A DNA stretch of 64,000 nt from a virus: the IMG/VR virus record IMGVR_UViG_3300014962_000004, positions 1-64,000 of that record; one strand, 5' to 3'. Below are positions 44,783 to 54,021 of the stretch, one piece after another (the stretch's first letter is position 1; every line of letters starts with the position of its first letter). The translations under genes were made by a program, and so were the position numbers. The notes under the pieces were generated by a model. The model did not search any database and was not told where the DNA came from. It saw only the letters and a program-made list of their open reading frames with translations.

Positions 44783-45961
44783 CTAGAGTAGGGCGAAGCT
44801 ACGCAAGTCGAAGCCGTCGTCGTTGATGGCGAATACGGTCAGTGCCGGGTCGCCGTCCTCCCCCATCGTGTTGCGCACCCAGGCGGATCCGTTGTCGAGG
44901 GTGGAGGCTTGAATGTGGTAACTCGACTTGCCGGTCACCGGGTCGCGTCCGGAGGGCCGGAACGAGGGGTAGTGGAAGTGGCCGGTCAGCAGCACCTCGC
45001 ACATCAAACGGCCTTCATGCTTCTGGTTTTTCCACCAGGGGATGATTCCGGCGGGATTCTTGGCCTGGTGGCCGTGCGCCAGGCCCAGCGCGGTGCCGCG
45101 AATCTTGAACGTCATCATTTCGTCGTAGTCGTTGTCGGGCCGGTGGAAGTGCACGTCCAGGCCGACCTCGTCGTTCATCTTTTCCAGCTGCTTGGAGATG
45201 TGCAGCCCCCAGTCGTCGTTGGGCTTGCCGATCAGGCTCTTGCCCCGCCGCCACTGACAGTGGTTGGACGGAATGGACAGCACATCGACGTGACCAAACT
45301 TCTCACACAGCTTGATCGTGCGCCAGAACTCGGTGGAGGCCAGGTCGACCTGAGCCTGTAGCGACAGGCCGTTGGTACGGGTCTGGGACAGCACGTTGTC
45401 GAAACCCTCGACGATGTCGCCCACGTCGGCGACCACCACGTGGTCGACTTTTGCGTCTTTGAGCCAATACTTCAGCTCGGCCCGCTTTTCCTCCAGCCGC
45501 TCGGCCAGTTCGGTGACCCCGCCCAGGTGGTCGACCTTGCCGGTCTGGATGTCGGCCCAGCAGACGACCGCTGTACGGCCCGTAGAAGCCGGTTCCTTCT
45601 TGCGCGGCCTGCTGGCCCTCATCTCGGCGTACAAAGCCGGGAGATTGACGCACAGGGCGTTTCTGACGGCCTTGTACTTGTAGGCGTTGAGGTAGACCGA
45701 GGTGGTGTCACCGGTCTTGCGGCCCTCGTCGTCGCGAACGGCGGATCGCTGTTCCCAGCGGCTGGCCGAGACCAGCTCCATGCCGATCTCGCCGGGCGCG
45801 TAGCCCAGCCGGGTCAGCACCTCGTCGAAATTGTGCGGGTCGAACTCGTCCGGCAGGGCACCGGTCTGGATGGTGCCCTCGTTACCGGCCCAGTCGGCTC
45901 GCCAGGCCAGCTCCTCGTCGGCTCCGGTGGCGGTGCCGTCCCAGGAATCCTCCAAGCTCAC
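44783..45961 (-). CDS. Metallophosphoesterase (Mre11/calcineurin-like) nuclease
   Basis: ADIQ, VGDIVEG, SNH, AHGH and GHFH motifs. Confidence 0.85.
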   Translation of the reverse strand: MSLEDSWDGTATGADEELAWRADWAGNEGTIQTGALPDEFDPHNFDEVLTRLGYAPGEIGMELVSASRWEQRSAVRDDEGRKTGDTTSVYLNAYKYKAVRNALCVNLPALYAEMRASRPRKKEPASTGRTAVVCWADIQTGKVDHLGGVTELAERLEEKRAELKYWLKDAKVDHVVVADVGDIVEGFDNVLSQTRTNGLSLQAQVDLASTEFWRTIKLCEKFGHVDVLSIPSNHCQWRRGKSLIGKPNDDWGLHISKQLEKMNDEVGLDVHFHRPDNDYDEMMTFKIRGTALGLAHGHQAKNPAGIIPWWKNQKHEGRLMCEVLLTGHFHYPSFRPSGRDPVTGKSSYHIQASTLDNGSAWVRNTMGEDGDPALTVFAINDDGFDLRSFALL

Positions 45962-46227
45962 AGCTTGCCCTCCCGCCGTTTGGCAGCCAGCTCTAGGTGA
46001 TGCTCGTGAACGTGACTGTGGAACGTGCTGCGCGCCACCTCGTGGCCGTCGGCGATCACCGCCCGTCGGAGGCGCTGCATGTTCCCGCGTGAGGTGAGAG
46101 CTTCGCGGACCTTTTCGTCAAAGAAGTCCTGGTCTCCCGGCGCTAGGGTTTTGTACCACTCGCACGTCTTGCAAGTACGCTTTACCAGGCTGTCATTGGC
46201 TGACTCGTAGCGATCCGCCAAACTCAC
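45958..46227 (-). CDS. Small zinc/HTH-like protein
   Basis: CKTC...STFHSHVHEH. Confidence 0.7.
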   Translation of the reverse strand: MSLADRYESANDSLVKRTCKTCEWYKTLAPGDQDFFDEKVREALTSRGNMQRLRRAVIADGHEVARSTFHSHVHEHHLELAAKRREGKL

Positions 46228-46332
46228 GGGCTATGACCTCACTCCCGTTCGGCACGGTGCCGATCACCTATTCAGGTGTGTTCGGTGCCACTATCCAGGG
46301 GAGGTTTCGGTAACGATTTTCCGAGCCGGGTG

Positions 46333-46638
46333 CTATCCTGCCCGTTTCCGGCGCGGCCCTCGGTAGCCCTTGGCGACCGTGTCGGGGATGTCGTCGCGGG
46401 CGGCGGGGCGGCGGTGTTCGGGCATCCACCAGCGGTAACCCAGCTCGGGTTCGCAGGCTTTCAGCATTTCGAACCGGATCCGGGGCGGCACCTTGGAGTA
46501 GGGCACCGGCAGCACCACGGTTTTCCCGAGGTGGTAGATCAGGTGCTTGGCTCCCCGGCGGTACAGGTGGAAAACAATGCCTTGCCGGTCGGCCTCTCGG
46601 CTGATCTCGCCGATGATGCTGGTGATGCTGTCGCTCAT
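46333..46638 (-). CDS. HicA-like (dsRBD-fold) toxin family protein
   Basis: RRGAKHLIYHLG...LPVP...ACEPELGYRWW resembles actinophage HicA-like proteins, with the conserved G-x-x-H His. Confidence 0.6.
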   Translation of the reverse strand: MSDSITSIIGEISREADRQGIVFHLYRRGAKHLIYHLGKTVVLPVPYSKVPPRIRFEMLKACEPELGYRWWMPEHRRPAARDDIPDTVAKGYRGPRRKRAG

Positions 46639-46871
46639 CGGTCGGCCCCGGTGGCTTCGTAGCCCTTGATCAGGGTGTTGAGCGCGTTGGCGACGGCCAT
46701 CTCGTCAGCACCGTAAGCCGACTCGAACGCGGCGTAGACGAGGTTCTGGGCCTCGGTCAGCCGGGTGCGTCGCTCGGTGCCGACCACCGCCAGCGCGTCG
46801 AGGATCAGCGCCGTCGCGGCGAGCGTATCACGAGCGAAGCTGGTGGTGTTGGTTGTTCCGACCATGGGCAT
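46635..46871 (-). CDS. Hypothetical protein
   Basis: SD GGAAGG preceded by CCACCCCACCCAC. Confidence 0.7.
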   Translation of the reverse strand: MPMVGTTNTTSFARDTLAATALILDALAVVGTERRTRLTEAQNLVYAAFESAYGADEMAVANALNTLIKGYEATGADR

Positions 46872-46905
46872 GGCGGGTGTCCTTCCAGTGGGTGGGGTGG
46901 AGAAA

Positions 46906-47097
46906 TTACCAGGAATCCCGGCGCAGGGAATCGGCCTTGTCGCGCTTGGCGACCTTGCCGTTGCGCCGCCGCAGCAGGTCGCGCTTGCTAGCCTGCGGCA
47001 GGGCGGCGGAGCTGCTGCGTAGGCCGAGCAGCTTCTGCAGCTGGGCCTCGGTCATGGCGGGAGCCAGGACGATGCCGGGGTTGTTCTTCTTGGCCAT
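46906..47097 (-). CDS. Small basic protein
   Basis: SD AAAGGAG. Confidence 0.7.
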   Translation of the reverse strand: MAKKNNPGIVLAPAMTEAQLQKLLGLRSSSAALPQASKRDLLRRRNGKVAKRDKADSLRRDSW

Positions 47098-47127
47098 CGC
47101 TGGCTCCTTTCTGACGTGGTAGTTACC

Positions 47128-47156
47128 ACGGTAGACCGACTATAGCTTGATGTCAA
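47128..47156 (-). promoter_or_regulatory. SigA-like promoter, CTRTAG family
   Basis: TTGACA-tcaagCTATAGtcggtc(17)-TACCGT. Confidence 0.75.
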
Positions 47157-47192
47157 ACAACGCCTGGTAAACCAACTGAATCAGAATGTTTG

Positions 47193-47221
47193 TTGCGTTC
47201 GAACTGTAGTTAGCGTATCGT
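47193..47221 (+). promoter_or_regulatory. Divergent SigA-like promoter, CTRTAG family
   Basis: TTGCGT-tcgaaCTGTAGttagcg(17)-TATCGT, then CACCCAC and GGAGG. Confidence 0.7.
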
Positions 47222-47253
47222 TGTTCGTATCACCCACAACGGAGGTAACTGAT

Positions 47254-47946
47254 ATGGGGTATTGGGCTACGTCTCTGACCGGCATGTCGCTGCAACTGAT
47301 CGGCGACCTAAACCCGGACGGATCCGAGATGCTGTGGGGCGATGCCCCCGCCGACGCGATTGACGGCGGGATCTCCAAGCTGATCGGGCGGCTGCGGGCC
47401 GACCTGGGGCGGTTCCCCACCGTCGACGAGGTCAACGCGATCAAGGCGACCGCACCGGAGATGATCGAGGCTATCGCCGCCGCCCGCAAGGTGTTTACCG
47501 AGGACATCGAGCGTGAACCCACCGACGGTGAGATCGCCGCCGGTCTGGCGTTCTGCGACACCGAAATCTCGCTGGACTACGAGCAGCGCAAAAACATCGT
47601 GGTCGGGGACACCATCCGGTGGCCGATCCTGCGTCAGCGAAATTTCTTTCAGGAAATCGACTACGTTGCCGAAGCCGCCGTCGAAGCCATCGAGGAGCGC
47701 GAGACCGTCAACAAGTGGACCGGGCTGATCCGGCCCAAAGCGGTCTACGTGGTAACCCACGACGGCGACAAGGTCGACGTGGACATCTGCGATGCCAATA
47801 AGGTGCTGCCCGGCGACGAACCGGTCGAGGTCGAAAACGCCCGCCGCGAAGAACGCCGCGCTCAGGAAGAAGACAGTTTCCTGCCCGACGAGGGCGACGA
47901 CACCGGCGAGGACGACGGCGGTTTTGGGCTGATCTTCAACCGGTGA
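47254..47946 (+). CDS. Hypothetical protein
   Basis: Start revised to ATG 47254 (MGYWATS) after GGAGG. Confidence 0.75.
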   Translation: MGYWATSLTGMSLQLIGDLNPDGSEMLWGDAPADAIDGGISKLIGRLRADLGRFPTVDEVNAIKATAPEMIEAIAAARKVFTEDIEREPTDGEIAAGLAFCDTEISLDYEQRKNIVVGDTIRWPILRQRNFFQEIDYVAEAAVEAIEERETVNKWTGLIRPKAVYVVTHDGDKVDVDICDANKVLPGDEPVEVENARREERRAQEEDSFLPDEGDDTGEDDGGFGLIFNR

Positions 47947-47947
47947 G

Positions 47948-50900
47948 CTAGCGCAGATAATTTGGGGTGATCGTGCAGCCGAACGCGTAAGCGTTGGGGC
48001 TGTTGATCACCGCCTGGATCTGCATCTGCTTGACCGGCTCGCTGGTGGTCACGATGGCCTCGGACTTGGTGTACCGCAGGTCGGTCACCTCCACCGGCTC
48101 GGCCCCGCTGATCAGGTCACCGTTCTGGTCGTAAACCGGCGGCTCGCCCAGCCGGGCGAAGTACCGGATCGGCGTGGTCTCGGTGTAGAGGTCGGAGACG
48201 TACAGCTCTTCCTCCTCGGATCCCTCGACGGTCAGCTCGGCGGTGTACTGCTGGCGCGGAGTGCCCGGCACGCTGGCCGAGAAATCGTCGACCCACACCG
48301 AGCCGCCGGTGCCCGCCGACGCGGGCACTACAACCTGGAACGCCACCGAGACAATGCCGCGCCCCTCCGGCACGGTCACCGAAGTCGCCACCGGCTGCCA
48401 GGTGCTGCCGCTGCTGGCCGCAGAGATCGCCGCCGTCGAGGCGTTCACCGTGAGGTCCGAGGTGTCGACCACGTCTCCGGCCAGGTTGTAGAACACCGGC
48501 CTGACCGAAATGTTTCCGCTCGCGGTCAGCCCGGACCAGTTCACCCACGCCGAGGCGCTGACGGTGGTGTTGGTCAGCAGATCCATCGGTTCGCCGGTCA
48601 GCGTCGACTCGGTGCCGTTGGTGGCCAGCTTGGCCGAATACAGCCCGGTGTAGCCCTTGTCCGAAACCGCCGTCCAGGTGCCTCCGTGCGGGATCCAGCC
48701 GTCGAGGCCGAGATCGAAGCTGGCGTTGGCCAGCGGCTCGGGAATCTCGGCGAACGCGGTCGCAATGTCGATCCACCGCCCGGCGGGCGCGGAGCTGACG
48801 CTGCGGAAGATCTCCGGCATGTTGGTTTCGGCCCGCAGCGGGATCCCGGCTCCCAGGAACCGGTACAACCCGTTCTCCACCACGTCGTCCTGGCCGGTGA
48901 GGTTCAGCAGGGTGTTCTCGGCCACCGCCTGTCCGCCGATCTCGGCAGGCGGGTTGACGACGTTGACGTTGGTGCTGACCGTGACCTGCTCCGTCACGTC
49001 CGGCGGAGTCACCGAGACCGGCTGCAGCGGCACCGACGCACCCTGCCAGCGATACAGGCCGTTGTCGATGGTGTCGTCCTGGTTGCCCAGGTAGACCAAC
49101 GTGTTGGCCGACAGCGTGATGCCGTTGATGGATCCGCCCGGCGCGGCCAGGTTGACGTGGCTGGTGGCCACCACGCGCGGGGTGCCCAGCTTCTCTTCGA
49201 GGATCACCGCGCCGTCGCTGCGCTTGAGCCGCAGGATGATGTTGTTGCCGGTCTGCTTGGGGCGGTAGATCACCGCGCCGATCCGGAACTTCGCGCCGGG
49301 CACGAAATTGAGCCACTGCTGCAGCTGGATCCCGGCCTGGCCGCTTCCGGCGGCGCGGGTGAAGTGCACCACCCGCTTACCCAGGTAGCGCCGGTTGTTG
49401 TCGACGTTGATGGCCACGAGGGCATACGAGGTGCCCCAGTCGGTCTCCGCGTCGGCCCACGTGGCCAGCGCGTCGGCCCAGCTGCCCTTGGGGATCTTGG
49501 CCGGGATCACGCCGAAGTACGGCGACAGCTCGGTGTCTTTGATCAGGTCGGTGTTTTCGTCGATGTCGACCCACAGCGAGTTGGATCGCGCCAAGCCGGA
49601 GTCCTGGAAGGTCAACGTCACCTTGCTGAAATCGGACTGGCTGATCAGTTCTTTGGAGGTCAGCACGCCCGGCGTGGACGGCAATGCCGCCGTGACCGGG
49701 TCGCTGTAGATGACTTGCGTGCCCTCGGAGTCGGTGACCTCCCGCTTGAACCGCTGAATGTTGGTAAACACCCAATGGTCTTCGGTGTAGTGCGGGAAGC
49801 TGTAGACTGCCGTGTCCTCACCGGCCACATACGACGACCGGTATGGCTGCACCTCACGCACCCCGGCGAAGTAGGCGATGGCCGCGTCACGCTTGACCGT
49901 CTTCCACTCGTAGCGGTGCACCTGAGTCGTGTTGAACCGAAGCCGTGATTCCAGCGTGAGCTTGCGCTCGGTAACCGTCTGGGTGTCGGTCAGCTTTCGC
50001 ATCACCGAGGCCGGAACCTTCAGCTGCTGTCCCGGATAGATCCACCAGTCGGTGCCCCGGATCGGCATGGTGCCCATCGAGTTCACCTTGGTGATCGAGT
50101 CCGGGTTTGCCTCTTCGATTTCTTTCCACGGCACGTCGACGTAAGGCTGAATCGCTTGCAGCCCTTCGGCTTTGATGATCGTGTTGTATTGATCTTGCGC
50201 CAGCACGTAGGGCTGCATTGCGTCGCGCGCGTACACGTATCTGCTGGCGGCTTCGATGCGGGTGGTGTCGGTCAGCGCGGTCTTACCCTTGTTCGGCAGC
50301 GTGTCTGCCAGATAAGGCTGTCCGGCGCTGATGAGCACCGGCGGAACCTGCGGCCCAATCATGTTGCCGATGGCCTGCATCACCGAGTTGGGGTCAAGCC
50401 AGTTGACCGACCGCACGCCGTTGAGCGAAATGAACGTGCCCATTCCGAGGAACCCGCCCTGGCCGGTGTAGAGCCGCGCTCCCAGGCTGGAGGACTGAGT
50501 CACCGAGATCGGGTAGGTCTGGTACTTGACTTCGATGCCGGATTCGTAGATCGGGTAGGGCTGCTCGGTAAGGTTGGTGAATTCGAGCTTGAGGTATTTC
50601 ATCGAAATGGGTTGCGGCAGATGCAGCATGCCCTTGATGGCGACGTAGTTCCGCCAAATCGGGGTCCATTCCTTGTCTTCGAAGTGCGACTTGTCCGAGC
50701 CGCCGGAGCCGTGCTCGCGCGAGACGAACGGGGCGGCGTAGATCGCGTTGTCCAGGCTGGTGGACGGGTACTTGCCATCGTCGCCGACGATCACCGGATC
50801 CGGGTCGCAGTACAGCGTGGGGTTGGCCAGGAACGCCGTTGTTCCGGTGGTGTAGCTGGCCATTTTGACGATCAAGTTGCTGATCGTGCCCCGGAAGTTG

Positions 50901-52411
50901 TTGACCTGAGCCGGACCGTCAAAGCTGATCAGCTGCGGAAGGTTGGTCACCTGCTGATCGAGGCTGGCGATCTCCCGCCCCCGACTGTCGAGCACCTTGA
51001 GGTACACCTTGGGGTTAGGCAGGTATTTCCATCCGGCGACCACCTTGATCGCGTCGCCCGCCGCCCACTCCTGGCTGATCGCGCCGGTCGACCACACACG
51101 GGAGTCGGTGCCGCTGGACAGCTGCAAGGAGAAGGTGCGCAGCACGGGATCGTAGAACAGCGACGGCTTGTACGCGGTGTTGGTCGGCTCTCCGGCCTGA
51201 AACAGGGTGGGGTTCTGCGCCAGCTGCGGATCCGAGGACGTGGAAAAGTTGGGTTTCCACTCCACGCCGATCCATGCGTCCTGATTGCCGTGCGGGCCGA
51301 CCGTCAGCGGCCAGCGGTAGAAACTGTCGGCGGTTCCGGTGGCGGTGTCAACCAGACCCTTGCCGGGGCGATGCTCGACGTTGACCACCGACGGCACGCC
51401 GATCTGGTACTTGGAATTGACCGCCGGTGCGCGGCCCGAAGGGAATGTCAGTTCGGTGGCGGTGTTACCGGCAATCTGCAATGTCTGACCGTCGGCGGTG
51501 AGCAGATAGGCACCCTTGGTGAACCACTGGTTCGTCGTCCAGCTTTTGGTGCTGTCGGTCAGGGTGGTGGTGCTGCTAGCCGTCACGGCACCGGTGGCCA
51601 GGATGGTGAATGCGCTGGGGGCCAGCGTGATCGGCGATAGCTCACGCATGCCGACGGTGCCGTCAGAGGTGTAGTACATGTTGAGGTGCTGTCCGGCGTA
51701 GACCGGATCCAGATACACCCGGTCAATGACCTGCGCCGCGCCGTTTTCGTCGCGCACGTCCAGGTACAGCGACACCACCGCCGCCGGGTCGGGCTGCGGT
51801 GCTGAGCGCCAGAACGTGGTGTAGTTGTCGTCGGCTGCCTGAGACGCGTCCCAGTCCCGGATAAATTTCGAGACCGTGTTGCCCATCACGTCGGTCTCGT
51901 CCTCGAAAGAACCGCCCAGATGGCGGTCGTAGACGTTGCGCCGGATCAGGGTGTTCTTCAGGCCGACCGGATAGGGGGTGGTGTCCAGCACGCCGTCGGC
52001 ATAGCGGGTCAGTCGAATCTGTACTTTTTTGGCGACAATCGGGTAACAGTGCGTGGCCCACTTGAACCAGCTCTTGGTGTCGGATCGGTCGACACGAACC
52101 TTCAGCGGTACCCGTTCCGGATCAAGGATCGGTCGCCAGTTGTTGGAGCGGTCCTGATACCACAGTTCAGCGACGCACGGTACTCGCAGCACGTCGAGGG
52201 CGATTTCGGACACCGACATCGGAAGACGGAACGTGACGGTGACGCACTCGGTCTCCGATGACGTGCCGACCCGATGCTGACTGAACCATTCCCGGTTTCC
52301 GGTGTCGGATAGCTCGTTGTTCGAATCCTGTTCCTTGCCAAGGATTTTCAGCAGCAGCTGAACCAGCGGCAGCGAATAGTGATAGTCGTAATAGAAATTC
52401 GTCTTAGCCAC
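47948..52411 (-). CDS. Large minor tail/baseplate protein with carbohydrate-binding-like module
   Basis: Follows the baseplate genes; LANASFD..LDGW...WVDDFS CBM4/9-like domain. Confidence 0.75.
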   Translation of the reverse strand: MAKTNFYYDYHYSLPLVQLLLKILGKEQDSNNELSDTGNREWFSQHRVGTSSETECVTVTFRLPMSVSEIALDVLRVPCVAELWYQDRSNNWRPILDPERVPLKVRVDRSDTKSWFKWATHCYPIVAKKVQIRLTRYADGVLDTTPYPVGLKNTLIRRNVYDRHLGGSFEDETDVMGNTVSKFIRDWDASQAADDNYTTFWRSAPQPDPAAVVSLYLDVRDENGAAQVIDRVYLDPVYAGQHLNMYYTSDGTVGMRELSPITLAPSAFTILATGAVTASSTTTLTDSTKSWTTNQWFTKGAYLLTADGQTLQIAGNTATELTFPSGRAPAVNSKYQIGVPSVVNVEHRPGKGLVDTATGTADSFYRWPLTVGPHGNQDAWIGVEWKPNFSTSSDPQLAQNPTLFQAGEPTNTAYKPSLFYDPVLRTFSLQLSSGTDSRVWSTGAISQEWAAGDAIKVVAGWKYLPNPKVYLKVLDSRGREIASLDQQVTNLPQLISFDGPAQVNNFRGTISNLIVKMASYTTGTTAFLANPTLYCDPDPVIVGDDGKYPSTSLDNAIYAAPFVSREHGSGGSDKSHFEDKEWTPIWRNYVAIKGMLHLPQPISMKYLKLEFTNLTEQPYPIYESGIEVKYQTYPISVTQSSSLGARLYTGQGGFLGMGTFISLNGVRSVNWLDPNSVMQAIGNMIGPQVPPVLISAGQPYLADTLPNKGKTALTDTTRIEAASRYVYARDAMQPYVLAQDQYNTIIKAEGLQAIQPYVDVPWKEIEEANPDSITKVNSMGTMPIRGTDWWIYPGQQLKVPASVMRKLTDTQTVTERKLTLESRLRFNTTQVHRYEWKTVKRDAAIAYFAGVREVQPYRSSYVAGEDTAVYSFPHYTEDHWVFTNIQRFKREVTDSEGTQVIYSDPVTAALPSTPGVLTSKELISQSDFSKVTLTFQDSGLARSNSLWVDIDENTDLIKDTELSPYFGVIPAKIPKGSWADALATWADAETDWGTSYALVAINVDNNRRYLGKRVVHFTRAAGSGQAGIQLQQWLNFVPGAKFRIGAVIYRPKQTGNNIILRLKRSDGAVILEEKLGTPRVVATSHVNLAAPGGSINGITLSANTLVYLGNQDDTIDNGLYRWQGASVPLQPVSVTPPDVTEQVTVSTNVNVVNPPAEIGGQAVAENTLLNLTGQDDVVENGLYRFLGAGIPLRAETNMPEIFRSVSSAPAGRWIDIATAFAEIPEPLANASFDLGLDGWIPHGGTWTAVSDKGYTGLYSAKLATNGTESTLTGEPMDLLTNTTVSASAWVNWSGLTASGNISVRPVFYNLAGDVVDTSDLTVNASTAAISAASSGSTWQPVATSVTVPEGRGIVSVAFQVVVPASAGTGGSVWVDDFSASVPGTPRQQYTAELTVEGSEEEELYVSDLYTETTPIRYFARLGEPPVYDQNGDLISGAEPVEVTDLRYTKSEAIVTTSEPVKQMQIQAVINSPNAYAFGCTITPNYLR

Positions 52412-52415
52412 TGGG

Positions 52416-53891
52416 CTATCCCTTCACAAACAGAGAGGGGTTGCGGATCTCGATGGCGGTGCCGCGCGGCTTGTGCGCGGTCCAGCTACTAGTCACCGTC
52501 GATTCCCGGCTCGGCGCACTGTAGGCAATGGCCAGATCGGGGGTGAAGATCCGCTTGGAATTACTGGTCTTCTGCGCCGGAAGGCGGTAGCGAAGATCGT
52601 TGGCCTCACCGCCCTTGGCAAGCACTTCGGCTTTCTTGGCCGCGACTGCAGCGGCCTGACTGGCGAATGGGAAATGGTAATCCGAGTAGTCCTGGGGGTT
52701 GAGCGCCGGAGCCTTTTCCGGGGTCAGACCGAACTTGCCGCCCGGATAATTGTCCGGACTGTCCGCCTTGTCGTAAAGCTGCCAGGGGCCGTATTCCTCG
52801 CTCTGCTCATACCATTCCAGCGACGCTTCGGCCTTGACGCTGCCATCCTTCTGCAGGGTGCCGTAGGTGACCTCGTCGATGGGCGACCGCTTTCCGCCGG
52901 ACACCAGGTAGAAGTACCCGTACTCCTGGGTGATGTTGAACTGGCCGTAAGGGGCCAGTTCCGGGGTTTTGGAATTCAGCCAGCGCTCCGAAGGATCCAG
53001 GTCGATGGCGAGCAGTTCCGGCGGCGGCAACTGATCAAGCGCCGGGGTGCCGGTGACTATTTTCTCCACCTGGTAGTAGGTGGAATCGGCGGTGATCGCC
53101 CGCATCGAAATCGGGTAATGAACGCTTAGCCCGTTCGGGTCGATGGTGATGACCGTGTCAATGTCGCGGACCTTGTTCAGCATTTCCAGCAGCAGCCGGG
53201 CCTCGCGCGGGGTGAGGTCTTTCTTGTGCGGTACGACGGTCACCTCGGAGCGCGACTTGACCTGCTGAATCCGCCATCCGGTCTTGCCCACCAGGAACGC
53301 GTCGGCATCGGCCTTGTCATGGAACAGCACCCGATGACCGGTGTTCATCTGCACGACGGCATACGCCGCACCCTCGGCCCGGCCCAGCGGCTCGCTGATG
53401 CCGAAGTTGTCGATCCAGCGCCAGTTCTCGATAACCTGGCAGTCGGAACTGATCGCCGCATGTACGGTCTCGCGAATGCCGTCTACGGTGTTGCCGTGGC
53501 CGCACGCCTTGAAGTATTCGCGGATCCGGCTACGGTATTGCGCGTCTTTGGCGAACACCTCGTTCCACTGATCCGAATCCAGCTGTTGCTTCATGGGATC
53601 GTAGGTGTACGCCTCGGAGGTGGCCCGGCTCAGGAACCGGACATTGCCGAAGATGTAGTCCAGGTCGGATCCGTAAATGCTGTCCAGCGAACCCGAAAGG
53701 CGCTGCAGGAACGCTTGCTTCTTCAGGCTGCCCGCACCGGAATCGCCGCACAGCGCGTCGATGAACCGGTACAACAAGGTGTTGGTGTTGGTGCCGCTGG
53801 AATACACGTTGTAGACGTGCTCGTCGAAGTGCTCCATCCGAAGCTCGGTGGACTTCGGCGGAAACAACGGAAACGGAGTCTGGGAAGCCAT
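52416..53891 (-). CDS. Baseplate wedge/minor tail protein
   Basis: Downstream of baseplate J; DAQYRSRI...GNTVDGIRE motif. Confidence 0.65.
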   Translation of the reverse strand: MASQTPFPLFPPKSTELRMEHFDEHVYNVYSSGTNTNTLLYRFIDALCGDSGAGSLKKQAFLQRLSGSLDSIYGSDLDYIFGNVRFLSRATSEAYTYDPMKQQLDSDQWNEVFAKDAQYRSRIREYFKACGHGNTVDGIRETVHAAISSDCQVIENWRWIDNFGISEPLGRAEGAAYAVVQMNTGHRVLFHDKADADAFLVGKTGWRIQQVKSRSEVTVVPHKKDLTPREARLLLEMLNKVRDIDTVITIDPNGLSVHYPISMRAITADSTYYQVEKIVTGTPALDQLPPPELLAIDLDPSERWLNSKTPELAPYGQFNITQEYGYFYLVSGGKRSPIDEVTYGTLQKDGSVKAEASLEWYEQSEEYGPWQLYDKADSPDNYPGGKFGLTPEKAPALNPQDYSDYHFPFASQAAAVAAKKAEVLAKGGEANDLRYRLPAQKTSNSKRIFTPDLAIAYSAPSRESTVTSSWTAHKPRGTAIEIRNPSLFVKG

Positions 53892-53895
53892 CAGA

Positions 53896-54018
53896 TCACC
53901 TTCCTAGACTGACCGCCGCGCCCAGCGCGGCTATCGCGAAGCCGAAAGCCACCAACGCAAGAACCAGACCAATGTAAGCGGCATGGTGCGGGTCGGGCTT
54001 GAGCGGATGCCTGGCCAT
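53896..54018 (-). CDS. 40-aa membrane peptide
   Basis: MARHPLKPDPHHAAYIGLVLALVAFGFAIAALGAAVSLGR fills the gap between baseplate genes. Confidence 0.5.
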   Translation of the reverse strand: MARHPLKPDPHHAAYIGLVLALVAFGFAIAALGAAVSLGR

Positions 54019-54021
54019 GGG

